From: Arenicellales bacterium
GTDB lineage: Bacteria > Pseudomonadota > Gammaproteobacteria > Arenicellales > Poriferihabitantaceae
Reading direction: 5' to 3'
Length of the DNA stretch: 64,000 nucleotides
NCBI GenBank assembly: GCA_965116335.1
Contig: OZ220677.1
Coordinates: 16,834-80,833 of the forward strand
Position 1 is the stretch's first letter; every line of letters begins with the position of its first letter. The notes beneath the pieces are model-generated. The model was given only the letters and a program-made list of their open reading frames with translations, had not been told where the DNA came from and did not search any database. Both the position numbers and the translations under genes were made by a program. This document shows, piece after piece, positions 9,735 through 17,485 of this stretch.

Positions 9735-11105
9735 ATGCACAAGAAACCAGACAAGCTCGCCCAAAGCGGCGCGCCGGGTAGTGAGGACGCGCCGAATCTG
9801 CTGGCGAGGAGACGCAACTGGTATGGGCCGGTATCGGTCGGGGCTACTTCGCTGATGCTGGCAGGCGCCGCGGGGATGGCATCGGTCGGGGGGTTCTATT
9901 CGACCGACGTACAGGCGCAGGCGGGGCCACCGGGGCTGACGGGACCGCCGGGACCACCGGGGTCAGCAGGTCCGCCGGGAGAGCCGGGGCCGGATGGGCC
10001 AGCAGGAATGCGCTTTGGAGATTCAGCACCGGGTAATCCGGGACCGCCCGGCCCAGATAGCACAGTAGCCGGTCCGCCGGGTCCGCCGGGGCTGCCGGGA
10101 CCGTCAGGCCCATCAGGTCCCGTAGGATACGACGGAGCACCGGGGATGCGGGGGCCAGCCGGAGCAGCCGGACCAGCCAGTACGACAGCAGGGCCGCCGG
10201 GATCAAAGGGATCAAAGGGACCACAGGGTGATCATGGGGCGCGAGGGGGGGCGGGGTCAACCGGTTCCAAGGGTAATCCGGGACCGCCAGGACCGCCGGG
10301 TGACCCGGGTGCTCCCGGAACGGATGGGGCAACAGGGCCGCAGGGAGCATCAGGCCCACCCGGATCGGGTGGCAGCAACCCAGGGCCGCCGGGTATGACA
10401 GGGCAGAAGGGTGCAACGGGTGACCGGGGATTTACCGGCCCGCCGGGGCCATCGGGGCCATCGGGAATCCAGGGACCGCCGGGGTTACAGGGTTCAGCCG
10501 GTCCACCCGGACCGGGTGGTAGTAACCCAGGCCCGCCGGGGCCGCCGGGGCCAGCAGGTCAATCCGGGATTCAGGGCCCGCCGGGGTTACAGGGCCCACC
10601 GGGCACGGCTGGCATTGGAGCGGGACCGGCAGGACCACCCGGCCCGGCGGGGCCAAAGGGCACCCCCGGAGAGGTCACTGTTCAACCGGGTCCGTCGGGC
10701 CCTCCCGGCCCGCCGGGACCACCGGGGGCGTTGCGTCTGCCGGAGGGTTGGCTTACGCATCAGGAAAAACGCGTGGATGAGGCGTTCAGTGAGGTCACTC
10801 GACACGGTCAGCAAATCCGCTCGCTGGAGTTATCGTTCAATGAGTTACGCGCCGAATCGCGGGAGGAAACCGCTATCTCCATTGCGCTGGGTGGTCTGCG
10901 TATCCCTTATGACAAGGATCGAGCCTTTGGGGTGCGATTGGGTCATTATGAGTCCAGTAATGCCGTTGCGGCTGCCGGAGCTTTCCGTTTGTCCAAAGCT
11001 TTTCTGCTGCCGGAGAAATTCCGCGCCGAAGTGAATATCGGTAGCGCCTATGGGTTCGATTATTCGCAGGCTCGTGTGAGCGCCGGTATTACCTGGAGAT
11101 GGTAG
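9735..11105 (+). CDS. Collagen-like trimeric autotransporter adhesin 2 (paralog)
   Basis: Leader nearly identical to paralog 1 ([35 protein letters not shown]); Gly-X-Y region 9924-10730; stalk; anchor [10 protein letters not shown]...[18 protein letters not shown]...SAGITWRW. Confidence 0.88.
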   Translation: MHKKPDKLAQSGAPGSEDAPNLLARRRNWYGPVSVGATSLMLAGAAGMASVGGFYSTDVQAQAGPPGLTGPPGPPGSAGPPGEPGPDGPAGMRFGDSAPGNPGPPGPDSTVAGPPGPPGLPGPSGPSGPVGYDGAPGMRGPAGAAGPASTTAGPPGSKGSKGPQGDHGARGGAGSTGSKGNPGPPGPPGDPGAPGTDGATGPQGASGPPGSGGSNPGPPGMTGQKGATGDRGFTGPPGPSGPSGIQGPPGLQGSAGPPGPGGSNPGPPGPPGPAGQSGIQGPPGLQGPPGTAGIGAGPAGPPGPAGPKGTPGEVTVQPGPSGPPGPPGPPGALRLPEGWLTHQEKRVDEAFSEVTRHGQQIRSLELSFNELRAESREETAISIALGGLRIPYDKDRAFGVRLGHYESSNAVAAAGAFRLSKAFLLPEKFRAEVNIGSAYGFDYSQARVSAGITWRW

Positions 11106-11713
11106 AGGCGGTATTGCCACTTCAGCGGCAGCAAAGCGCACAGACCTCCGGGTCGTGTCCTGAAGCGCTGTGGCGAAACAGCCCGATGCTGCCGTTGGTC
11201 AGTGAGGGTGAATTCCTGTCGCCCGCGCAGTGCGCTATCCTGTCGGAGTTTCTGGAGGCGAATGTACGGCGTCTGGGGCGGGAGAATGTGGAACCGTTCT
11301 TTTCCTGGCGGCAGATCAATTACGCCCAGGTCGATAACTCCCGTGTACGGAAAATCATGGACGACGTGCGCTGTCGCATCGCCATGATCCTGTCGGATGG
11401 ATTGCACGGCAGTACCGTGTACCCGGAATATACCGATCTGGTGCTATGGCGGGAAGGCCAGAATATGAATGTCCATCGGGACGACCTGCCGCCACATTTC
11501 GAGCATCGGCTGTATTCCAGCATCCTGTACTTGACCTCGTGTCACGGCGGCGCCACTGTTTTCCCGACTGTCGGCATTGAAGTGCCTCCACAAGCGGGGC
11601 GGATGATTGCTTATCCATCTGGCCTGCCGCACGGTGTGCGTCCGGTGGTGGCGGGCAAGCGACACACGCTGGCCTCTTGGTATACCGGGTTGATAGATAA
11701 ACGGGAAGCGTAA
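11099..11713 (+). CDS. 2OG-Fe(II) dioxygenase, prolyl-hydroxylase-like (start may be ATG 11186)
   Basis: HxD (VHRD), YSSILYL...GGATVFP...[12 protein letters not shown], distal His (PHGVRPV), 2OG-binding R (KRHTLASWY); no signal peptide; ATG overlaps the upstream stop region. Confidence 0.85.
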   Translation: MVEAVLPLQRQQSAQTSGSCPEALWRNSPMLPLVSEGEFLSPAQCAILSEFLEANVRRLGRENVEPFFSWRQINYAQVDNSRVRKIMDDVRCRIAMILSDGLHGSTVYPEYTDLVLWREGQNMNVHRDDLPPHFEHRLYSSILYLTSCHGGATVFPTVGIEVPPQAGRMIAYPSGLPHGVRPVVAGKRHTLASWYTGLIDKREA

Positions 11714-12303
11714 TGCGTAGTGAATGGGCTTATTATGACTCGCTGATTAGCGCGGAGGAATGTCAGGCGATCATCGACGACGCATTGCAGCGGGAGGTTG
11801 CGCTTGGCACGGTCGGGCTGGATGGCACTGAAATCAATCCGGGCATCCGTCACGGCGAGGTCATCTTCCTGCCGAGACGCGACCCGGCGTTCGTGCATGT
11901 TTTTCAGTTGATTGATTACTGCGTGGATGAGGCGAATGATGAATGGTTCGGAGTGGACTATAACCGACAGGGCGCGCGCAGCCTGCAATTCAGCATCTAT
12001 CGGGGGGAGGATAGTGAAGACGGGGGGCATTATTACCATGCCCATCAGGACACGGTGCTGGTCAGTGGCGACCGTCCAACCCAGCGTAAGCTGAGCGTCA
12101 CCGTGCAGCTGTCGGACCCGGATGACTACGAGGGGGGCGATTTCAAGATGCATTATGTGTCTGCCCAGCCGCCCGCCGATGCCCTGCGCCGACGTGGCAC
12201 GGTACTGGTTTTCCCGTCTCTGGTGATGCACGAGGTGTCGCGTGTGACTCGTGGCACTCGCTATTCCCTGGTCGGCTGGTATCCGGGGCCGGGATGGCGA
12301 TAG
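11713..12303 (+). CDS. 2OG-Fe(II) dioxygenase, P4Hc/PKHD-type
   Basis: YHAHQD (HxD), RKLSVTVQLSDPDDYEGGDF, GTVLVFPSLVMHEVSRVTRGTRYSLVGW; TAATG stop-start coupling with the upstream gene. Confidence 0.88.
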   Translation: MRSEWAYYDSLISAEECQAIIDDALQREVALGTVGLDGTEINPGIRHGEVIFLPRRDPAFVHVFQLIDYCVDEANDEWFGVDYNRQGARSLQFSIYRGEDSEDGGHYYHAHQDTVLVSGDRPTQRKLSVTVQLSDPDDYEGGDFKMHYVSAQPPADALRRRGTVLVFPSLVMHEVSRVTRGTRYSLVGWYPGPGWR

Positions 12304-12326
12304 AATTTGAGAGGCTTGAACCGGCC

Positions 12327-12788
12327 ATGATTCGCACAAACAAGCCGGTTCGTTCGCCGGATAACTGGAATGTGGTTCTGCATGATCGTTATATCAAGGA
12401 TCTGTCGTTCGAGAATCCGGGCGCCCCGGTTGTGCCGCACAAGGACGAGCTGCATCTCAATGTGTCGGTGCGGGTAGACAGTCGGCATCATAGCGCCGAG
12501 GCGGGCAATGAGTTTCATGAGGTGACGTTGACGGTTGAGGTGACCGGCCACCATCATTCGCGGACTGTGTTTCTGGTCGAGCTGATGTATGCGGGTTTGT
12601 TTGAACTCACCGGGCTTGAGGAGGAGCCGCGTCAACGTTTCCTGTTGTGTGAGGCTCCCCGTATGCTGTTTCCCTGGGTCAATCGCATATTTGCAGACCT
12701 GACACGGGATGGCGGCTTGCCCACGCTGAATCTGTCGCCACCGGATTTCGTGACTCGTTATGAGGAGGTGGTGGAGGGGGAGAAATAG
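12327..12788 (+). CDS. secB: SecB protein-export chaperone (alternative start 12294)
   Basis: YIKDLSFENPGAP...EVTLTV...VFLVELMYAGLF...LLCEAPRMLFPW...LTRDGGLPTLNLSPPDF matches the SecB signature. Confidence 0.88.
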   Translation: MIRTNKPVRSPDNWNVVLHDRYIKDLSFENPGAPVVPHKDELHLNVSVRVDSRHHSAEAGNEFHEVTLTVEVTGHHHSRTVFLVELMYAGLFELTGLEEEPRQRFLLCEAPRMLFPWVNRIFADLTRDGGLPTLNLSPPDFVTRYEEVVEGEK

Positions 12789-13259
12789 CTAGTTGGCTAT
12801 CTGTTTGCTGCGCCGGGAGGAGATAATCCGGGTGTCCACTCCCATGAAATTCAGCCCGCCGAAGATGCGGCCATGCTCGATCTTGAGACATTTGTCCTCG
12901 ACAAATCCGATATTGGCCTGCTCGGCAATCCTGCACGCTTGAGCGCTGGTCACGCTTAACTGAAGCCAGAGTACCTGTGCGCCGATTGCGACTGCCTGCC
13001 TGGCGTAGTCGGGCGCGGTTTGCGACCGCTGAAACAGGTCTACGATGTCAACAGAATGTGGGATTGAGGCCAGGTCGGGGTAGCATTTCTGTCCGAGCAC
13101 CTGATCATAATTGGGGTTGACCGGAATTACCTCAAAACCATGATCCAACAGGTATTTGGCGACGAAGTAGCTGGGGCGATGCCACTTCGCGGACAGGCCG
13201 ACGATCGCTATTGTGTGGCTGTCCGTCAGGATCCGGCGCAGGGTATTGGTATCCGTCAT
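12789..13259 (-). CDS. CoA-binding protein (YccU-like)
   Basis: TIAIVGLSAKWHRPSYFVAKYL...VIPVNP...VDIVDLFQRS...VLWLQL...DKCLKIEH. Confidence 0.9.
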   Translation of the reverse strand: MTDTNTLRRILTDSHTIAIVGLSAKWHRPSYFVAKYLLDHGFEVIPVNPNYDQVLGQKCYPDLASIPHSVDIVDLFQRSQTAPDYARQAVAIGAQVLWLQLSVTSAQACRIAEQANIGFVEDKCLKIEHGRIFGGLNFMGVDTRIISSRRSKQIAN

Positions 13260-13362
13260 CTCTTTAGTTTTGTGATAAATTCACCTGCGTTGAATGTAAA
13301 CCAGAACGGGTTTTGAATCCAGTGCAGCGCCATGTTGACAGAATGATGAGTGTAAGATTTCG

Positions 13363-14985
13363 ATGAAAGACGATAATCCTTATTTGCAGGGGCTCGACAA
13401 ATGTGCCGCTAACTATCGTGCCTTGACTCCGTTGAGTTTTCTGAGGCGGGTGGCATCGGTTTACCCGGATCGTATTGCGGTGATCGACGGGTCATCCAGA
13501 ACCTCCTGGCGGGAGACCGATAGCCGTTGCAGAAAACTGGCATCGGCGCTGGTCAGGCAGGGAGTGGGTAAAAACTGCACGGTGGCGATTCTGGCGCCTA
13601 ATTCGCAGGCCTGTCTGGAGGCGCATTTCGCGGTGCCGATGGCCGGAGCGGTATTGAACGCGATTAATACCCGGCTCGATGCTGCCACTATCGCATTCAT
13701 TCTGGAGCACGGGCAGGCGGATGTGTTGCTGGTCGATGCCGAGTATTCCGGGTTGGCGAAACAGGCTCTGGCGCGCGTCAATCGTAAGGTGTTTGTGGTG
13801 GAAATCGAGGTGCCGGGCATGGCCTGTTCGCTGGATGCGGTTACCTGTTCTGATTTCATGCAACGCGGAGACGCTGATTTCCCCGGTTACTGGCCGGACG
13901 ATGAGTGGGATGCGATCTCGCTGAATTATACTTCCGGCACTACCGGCAACCCCAAGGGGGTGGTCTATCATCATCGCGGCGCTTATCTGAATGCGCTCAG
14001 CAATGCGATTGGCTGGGAGATGCCGCACTTCCCGGTTTATCTGTGGACCTTGCCGATGTTCCATTGCAATGGCTGGTGTTTTCCGTGGACTCTGGCGGCA
14101 CTGGCCGGGAGCAGTGTCTGTCTGCGGCAGGTCAATGCCAAAGCTGTTTTTGACGCGATTGCCGATTATCGGGTCACGCATTTCTGCGGAGCGCCGATCA
14201 TCATGGGTATGTTGGTCAATGCGGCGGATGATGAGCGGCGGGAGTTTGATCAGCCGGTCAACATGATGACGGCTGCTGCGCCGCCACCGGCCTCGGTGCT
14301 GGAGGCGATGGATGCCCAGGGGTTCAGAGTCACTCATGTGTATGGGTTGACGGAAACTTATGGTCCGGCGGTGATCTGTGCCCGGCAACCGCAATGGGAT
14401 GCGCTCGACTCCCAGGCCCGCGCCGACAAGATGGCCCGCCAGGGCGTGGCCTATCATGTGCTGGACGGCCTCGATGTGAAGCATCCGCAAAGCATGACTC
14501 CGGTCGCCAGGGATGGGTCGGAATTGGGGGAAACCCTGTTTCAGGGCAACATTGTAATGAAGGGTTATCTGTCCAACCCGGAAGCTACCCGGCAGGCTTT
14601 CGAGGGTGGATGGTTTCATTCCGGCGACCTCGGCGTGATGCATTCGGATCACTATATTGAGCTGAAAGATCGGTCAAAGGACATCATTATTTCTGGCGGG
14701 GAGAACATTTCCTCAATCGAGATCGAGAATTGCCTGTACGCTCATCCTGATATTATCGAGGCCGCGGTGGTCGCGAAGGCGCACCCGAAGTGGGGGGAAA
14801 GCCCCTGCGCTTTTGTCGGTCTGGCGCCGGGCAGGACGCTTACGGTACAGCAGGTGATTGACTTCTGTTACCAGAACCTGGCGCATTACAAGGTGCCACG
14901 TCATGTTGTTTTTTGTGAATTGCCGAAAACATCGACCGGCAAAATCCAGAAATTCAAGCTGCGGCAACGGGCGCACGATATATAA
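13363..14985 (+). CDS. Acyl-CoA synthetase / AMP-binding enzyme
   Basis: YTSGTTGNPKG, YGLTETYGP, WFHSGDLG, DRSKDIIISGGENISSIEIE, PKTSTGKIQK. Confidence 0.92.
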   Translation: MKDDNPYLQGLDKCAANYRALTPLSFLRRVASVYPDRIAVIDGSSRTSWRETDSRCRKLASALVRQGVGKNCTVAILAPNSQACLEAHFAVPMAGAVLNAINTRLDAATIAFILEHGQADVLLVDAEYSGLAKQALARVNRKVFVVEIEVPGMACSLDAVTCSDFMQRGDADFPGYWPDDEWDAISLNYTSGTTGNPKGVVYHHRGAYLNALSNAIGWEMPHFPVYLWTLPMFHCNGWCFPWTLAALAGSSVCLRQVNAKAVFDAIADYRVTHFCGAPIIMGMLVNAADDERREFDQPVNMMTAAAPPPASVLEAMDAQGFRVTHVYGLTETYGPAVICARQPQWDALDSQARADKMARQGVAYHVLDGLDVKHPQSMTPVARDGSELGETLFQGNIVMKGYLSNPEATRQAFEGGWFHSGDLGVMHSDHYIELKDRSKDIIISGGENISSIEIENCLYAHPDIIEAAVVAKAHPKWGESPCAFVGLAPGRTLTVQQVIDFCYQNLAHYKVPRHVVFCELPKTSTGKIQKFKLRQRAHDI

Positions 14986-15010
14986 CGCGATATATAACGC
15001 GATATATAAC
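14976..15010. repeat. 12-bp tandem repeat x3 spanning the acyl-CoA synthetase stop codon
   Basis: cgatatataacg cgatatataacg cgatatataac. Confidence 0.9.
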
Positions 15011-15036
15011 TGGATAATCTCAAGCCAGGCTGCGGT

Positions 15037-16341
15037 TCAGGTCTTCAGGGCAATCACCAGATCCATCACATTGGTGCCGGTTGGGCCGCACTGAAAGAGT
15101 GCCCCACGCTGTTTCAGGAATGTGCCGGAGTCTGCATTATCCAACGCCGCTTGCGCGTCCGGTGACCAGGTCTCACCGTCTACAATCGCGCCTGCATACG
15201 GAGTCGGCCCGTCCGTACCATCGGTTCCGGCTACAATCACCGCGACCTTATCCATACCCCGCATGACTCTGGCCAGTAGCAGGGCCAGATGCTGGTTCCT
15301 GCCGCCGCATCCGGGATGCGCCGGTAACTGGATGGTCGGTTCTCCTCCCCAGATACAGATGCCCGGCTGGTCTGGCCTGGTCAGCTGATCGGACATCATT
15401 TTCGCGATCTGGTCGATTGCCTGAGCTGGCTGATTTTGATTCAGGTGCTGATTGACGAGCACCCGGTAACCCTGACGCGCCGCCTGCTCTGCGACTGCGT
15501 TGCGAGCCATGCTGTTGGAGGCGATTATTCGTCCCTGATACTCAAAACCCCGGGTAGTGGGTGGTTGCCGTATTGGCCCGGCCTGGTCGAATATCGGGCG
15601 GATGGATGGCGGTATAGTCAGTGCCTGTTCGGGCATCGGCTGGTCGCTGCCAATACCTGAGCCGATGACGCGGATATCGTCATTCGGCACATCGGAAATG
15701 GCGTAAGCGAGCACACGCCTGCCGTGGAAGTTCTGTAGCAGTTTGCCGCCCTTGATACGCGACAATCGGCAGCGCAATGGATTGATCTGATCAATGCCAT
15801 AGCCGTCGGCAATCAGCTTTTCGGTCAGCCGTTGCAGTTCATCGAGTGTCGTGTTTGCCGGGAGCAATTCAACCAGAGCGGATGCGCCGCCGGAAACCAG
15901 CATGACCAGAGAGTCCGTCTGTGGTATGGATTCAATAAAGGTGAGCAGTTGTTGACCTGCAAACAGACTGTTTTGATCGGGCACGGGATGGGCGGATTCA
16001 ATGATCTGTATGTTTCCCGGTAATCGATCCGGCTCATGAATATGGTTGTATTTGGTGATCAGCAAGCCGCGTGATTGTGCGGATAAAAACCCGTCGGCGC
16101 CCTGACACATTGCCGCCGCTGCCTTGCCCACTGCCACCAGATGATGAATATCGCCGATGCCTGCCTCGCGCAGGGTAGCCCGGACCACGTGTTCTCCATT
16201 GACCGCAGCGATGCCTGTGCGCCATAAGGATTCGACCCTGTTCTTGATACCCGCTCCGATTTCGGGAGGGCACGCAGACCCTGTCTCCCGGTGATGGGCT
16301 GAGGCATGAGACGCCGGTTGTCGATTGTGATTCTTTTTCAT
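15037..16341 (-). CDS. Glycerate kinase, class II (DUF4147 + MOFRL)
   Basis: VAVGKAAAAM, AHPVPDQNS, LVSGGASAL, SRIKGGKL, ISDVPNDD, GGEPT, GGRNQHLAL, AGTDGTDGPT, GPTGTNVMD. Confidence 0.9.
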   Translation of the reverse strand: MKKNHNRQPASHASAHHRETGSACPPEIGAGIKNRVESLWRTGIAAVNGEHVVRATLREAGIGDIHHLVAVGKAAAAMCQGADGFLSAQSRGLLITKYNHIHEPDRLPGNIQIIESAHPVPDQNSLFAGQQLLTFIESIPQTDSLVMLVSGGASALVELLPANTTLDELQRLTEKLIADGYGIDQINPLRCRLSRIKGGKLLQNFHGRRVLAYAISDVPNDDIRVIGSGIGSDQPMPEQALTIPPSIRPIFDQAGPIRQPPTTRGFEYQGRIIASNSMARNAVAEQAARQGYRVLVNQHLNQNQPAQAIDQIAKMMSDQLTRPDQPGICIWGGEPTIQLPAHPGCGGRNQHLALLLARVMRGMDKVAVIVAGTDGTDGPTPYAGAIVDGETWSPDAQAALDNADSGTFLKQRGALFQCGPTGTNVMDLVIALKT

Positions 16342-16398
16342 CTCAAATTAGTAACCAAAATCAAGTATACTGTTTGTTGAACCCGGACACACAACTTT

Positions 16399-17457
16399 AT
16401 GAATCGAATCCTTAACTGGTTTAAGCGACAGCTTTCTAATCCCCAGGTCGTATTCCTCACTCTGGTGGTCATCGGGCTGTTACTGGTCATATCTTATGCG
16501 GGCAGCATTCTGGCTCCGGTGATTGCCGCTGTGGTCATCGCCTATCTGCTGGAAGGTCTGATCGGTAGAATGACGCGATTGAAAATACCACGATTCCTGG
16601 CACTGTGGGTGGTGTTCTCCAGCTTCATGATATTCCTGGCCGGTATTACCTTTGGCTTGTTGCCGGTTCTGTACAAGCAGCTGACGGAAGTGGTTCAACA
16701 AATCCCCAGTATGTTGACTCAGGGGCAGGCGGCATTGATGGCTTTGCCGGAACATTACCCGGAACTGCTTTCAACCGGGCAGGTCAGGGAGTTGATCTTC
16801 GGCTTGCGGACTCAGTTGACCGATGCGGGTCAGGCTTTGATCACCGGCTCTATTTCTGCCACCGCCAGCATCATCACGGTAATGATTTATATCGTGTTGC
16901 TGCCTATTCTGGTTTTCTTTTTTCTCAAGGACAAGCAGCTCATCCTGCGCTGGGTTGCCGAGTTGATGCCCGGTGATCATGGGCTGGCGAGTCAGGTATG
17001 GCGGGATGTGGATATGCAAATCGGCAATTATATCCGTGGCAAATTCTGGGAGATTCTGGTGGTCTGGTCGGTAACACTGACGGCGTTCGTCTATCTCGAT
17101 CTGCAATACGCGATGCTGCTCTCGGTTGTGGTCGGGCTTTCCGTCCTGATCCCTTATATCGGTGCTATCGTGGTGACTATTCCGGTGGCATTGATTGCAT
17201 GGTTTCAGTGGGGCTGGTCTAACGAGTTTATCACTCTGGTGGTGGTGTATCTGGTGATTCAGGCACTGGACGGCAATCTTCTGGTGCCCATTCTGTTCTC
17301 CGAAGTGGTCAATATCCACCCGATTGCCATTATTGTCGCGGTCTTGTTCTTTGGCGGGTTATGGGGGTTGTGGGGGATCTTTTTCGCGATTCCTCTGGCT
17401 ACACTGGTACGCGCTATTATTCTGGCATGGCCGAAACCGGATGAGGAACCTGTCTGA
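16399..17457 (+). CDS. AI-2E family (PerM-like) transporter
   Basis: Multi-TM; PILVFFFLKD, IGNYIRGK, LIPYIGA, IQALDGNLLVPILFSEVVNIHP. Confidence 0.9.
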   Translation: MNRILNWFKRQLSNPQVVFLTLVVIGLLLVISYAGSILAPVIAAVVIAYLLEGLIGRMTRLKIPRFLALWVVFSSFMIFLAGITFGLLPVLYKQLTEVVQQIPSMLTQGQAALMALPEHYPELLSTGQVRELIFGLRTQLTDAGQALITGSISATASIITVMIYIVLLPILVFFFLKDKQLILRWVAELMPGDHGLASQVWRDVDMQIGNYIRGKFWEILVVWSVTLTAFVYLDLQYAMLLSVVVGLSVLIPYIGAIVVTIPVALIAWFQWGWSNEFITLVVVYLVIQALDGNLLVPILFSEVVNIHPIAIIVAVLFFGGLWGLWGIFFAIPLATLVRAIILAWPKPDEEPV

Positions 17458-17485
17458 ACAGCGACCTGGTCGGTGCGAAGAGTAG

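Noticed and set aside
8389-11034. Alternative-frame and antisense ORFs over the collagen genes
   Set aside because: Expected stop-poor shadows of GC-rich Gly/Pro codons.
8368-12303. Prophage tail-fibre interpretation of collagen plus 2OG oxygenases
   Set aside because: No phage structural, integrase or lysis genes nearby, and the proteins have Sec leaders and outer-membrane anchors. A phage ancestry for the oxygenases is still possible.
13492-14652. 386-aa minus-strand ORF and similar long antisense ORFs elsewhere
   Set aside because: They overlap well-supported genes on the opposite strand and lack recognisable motifs.
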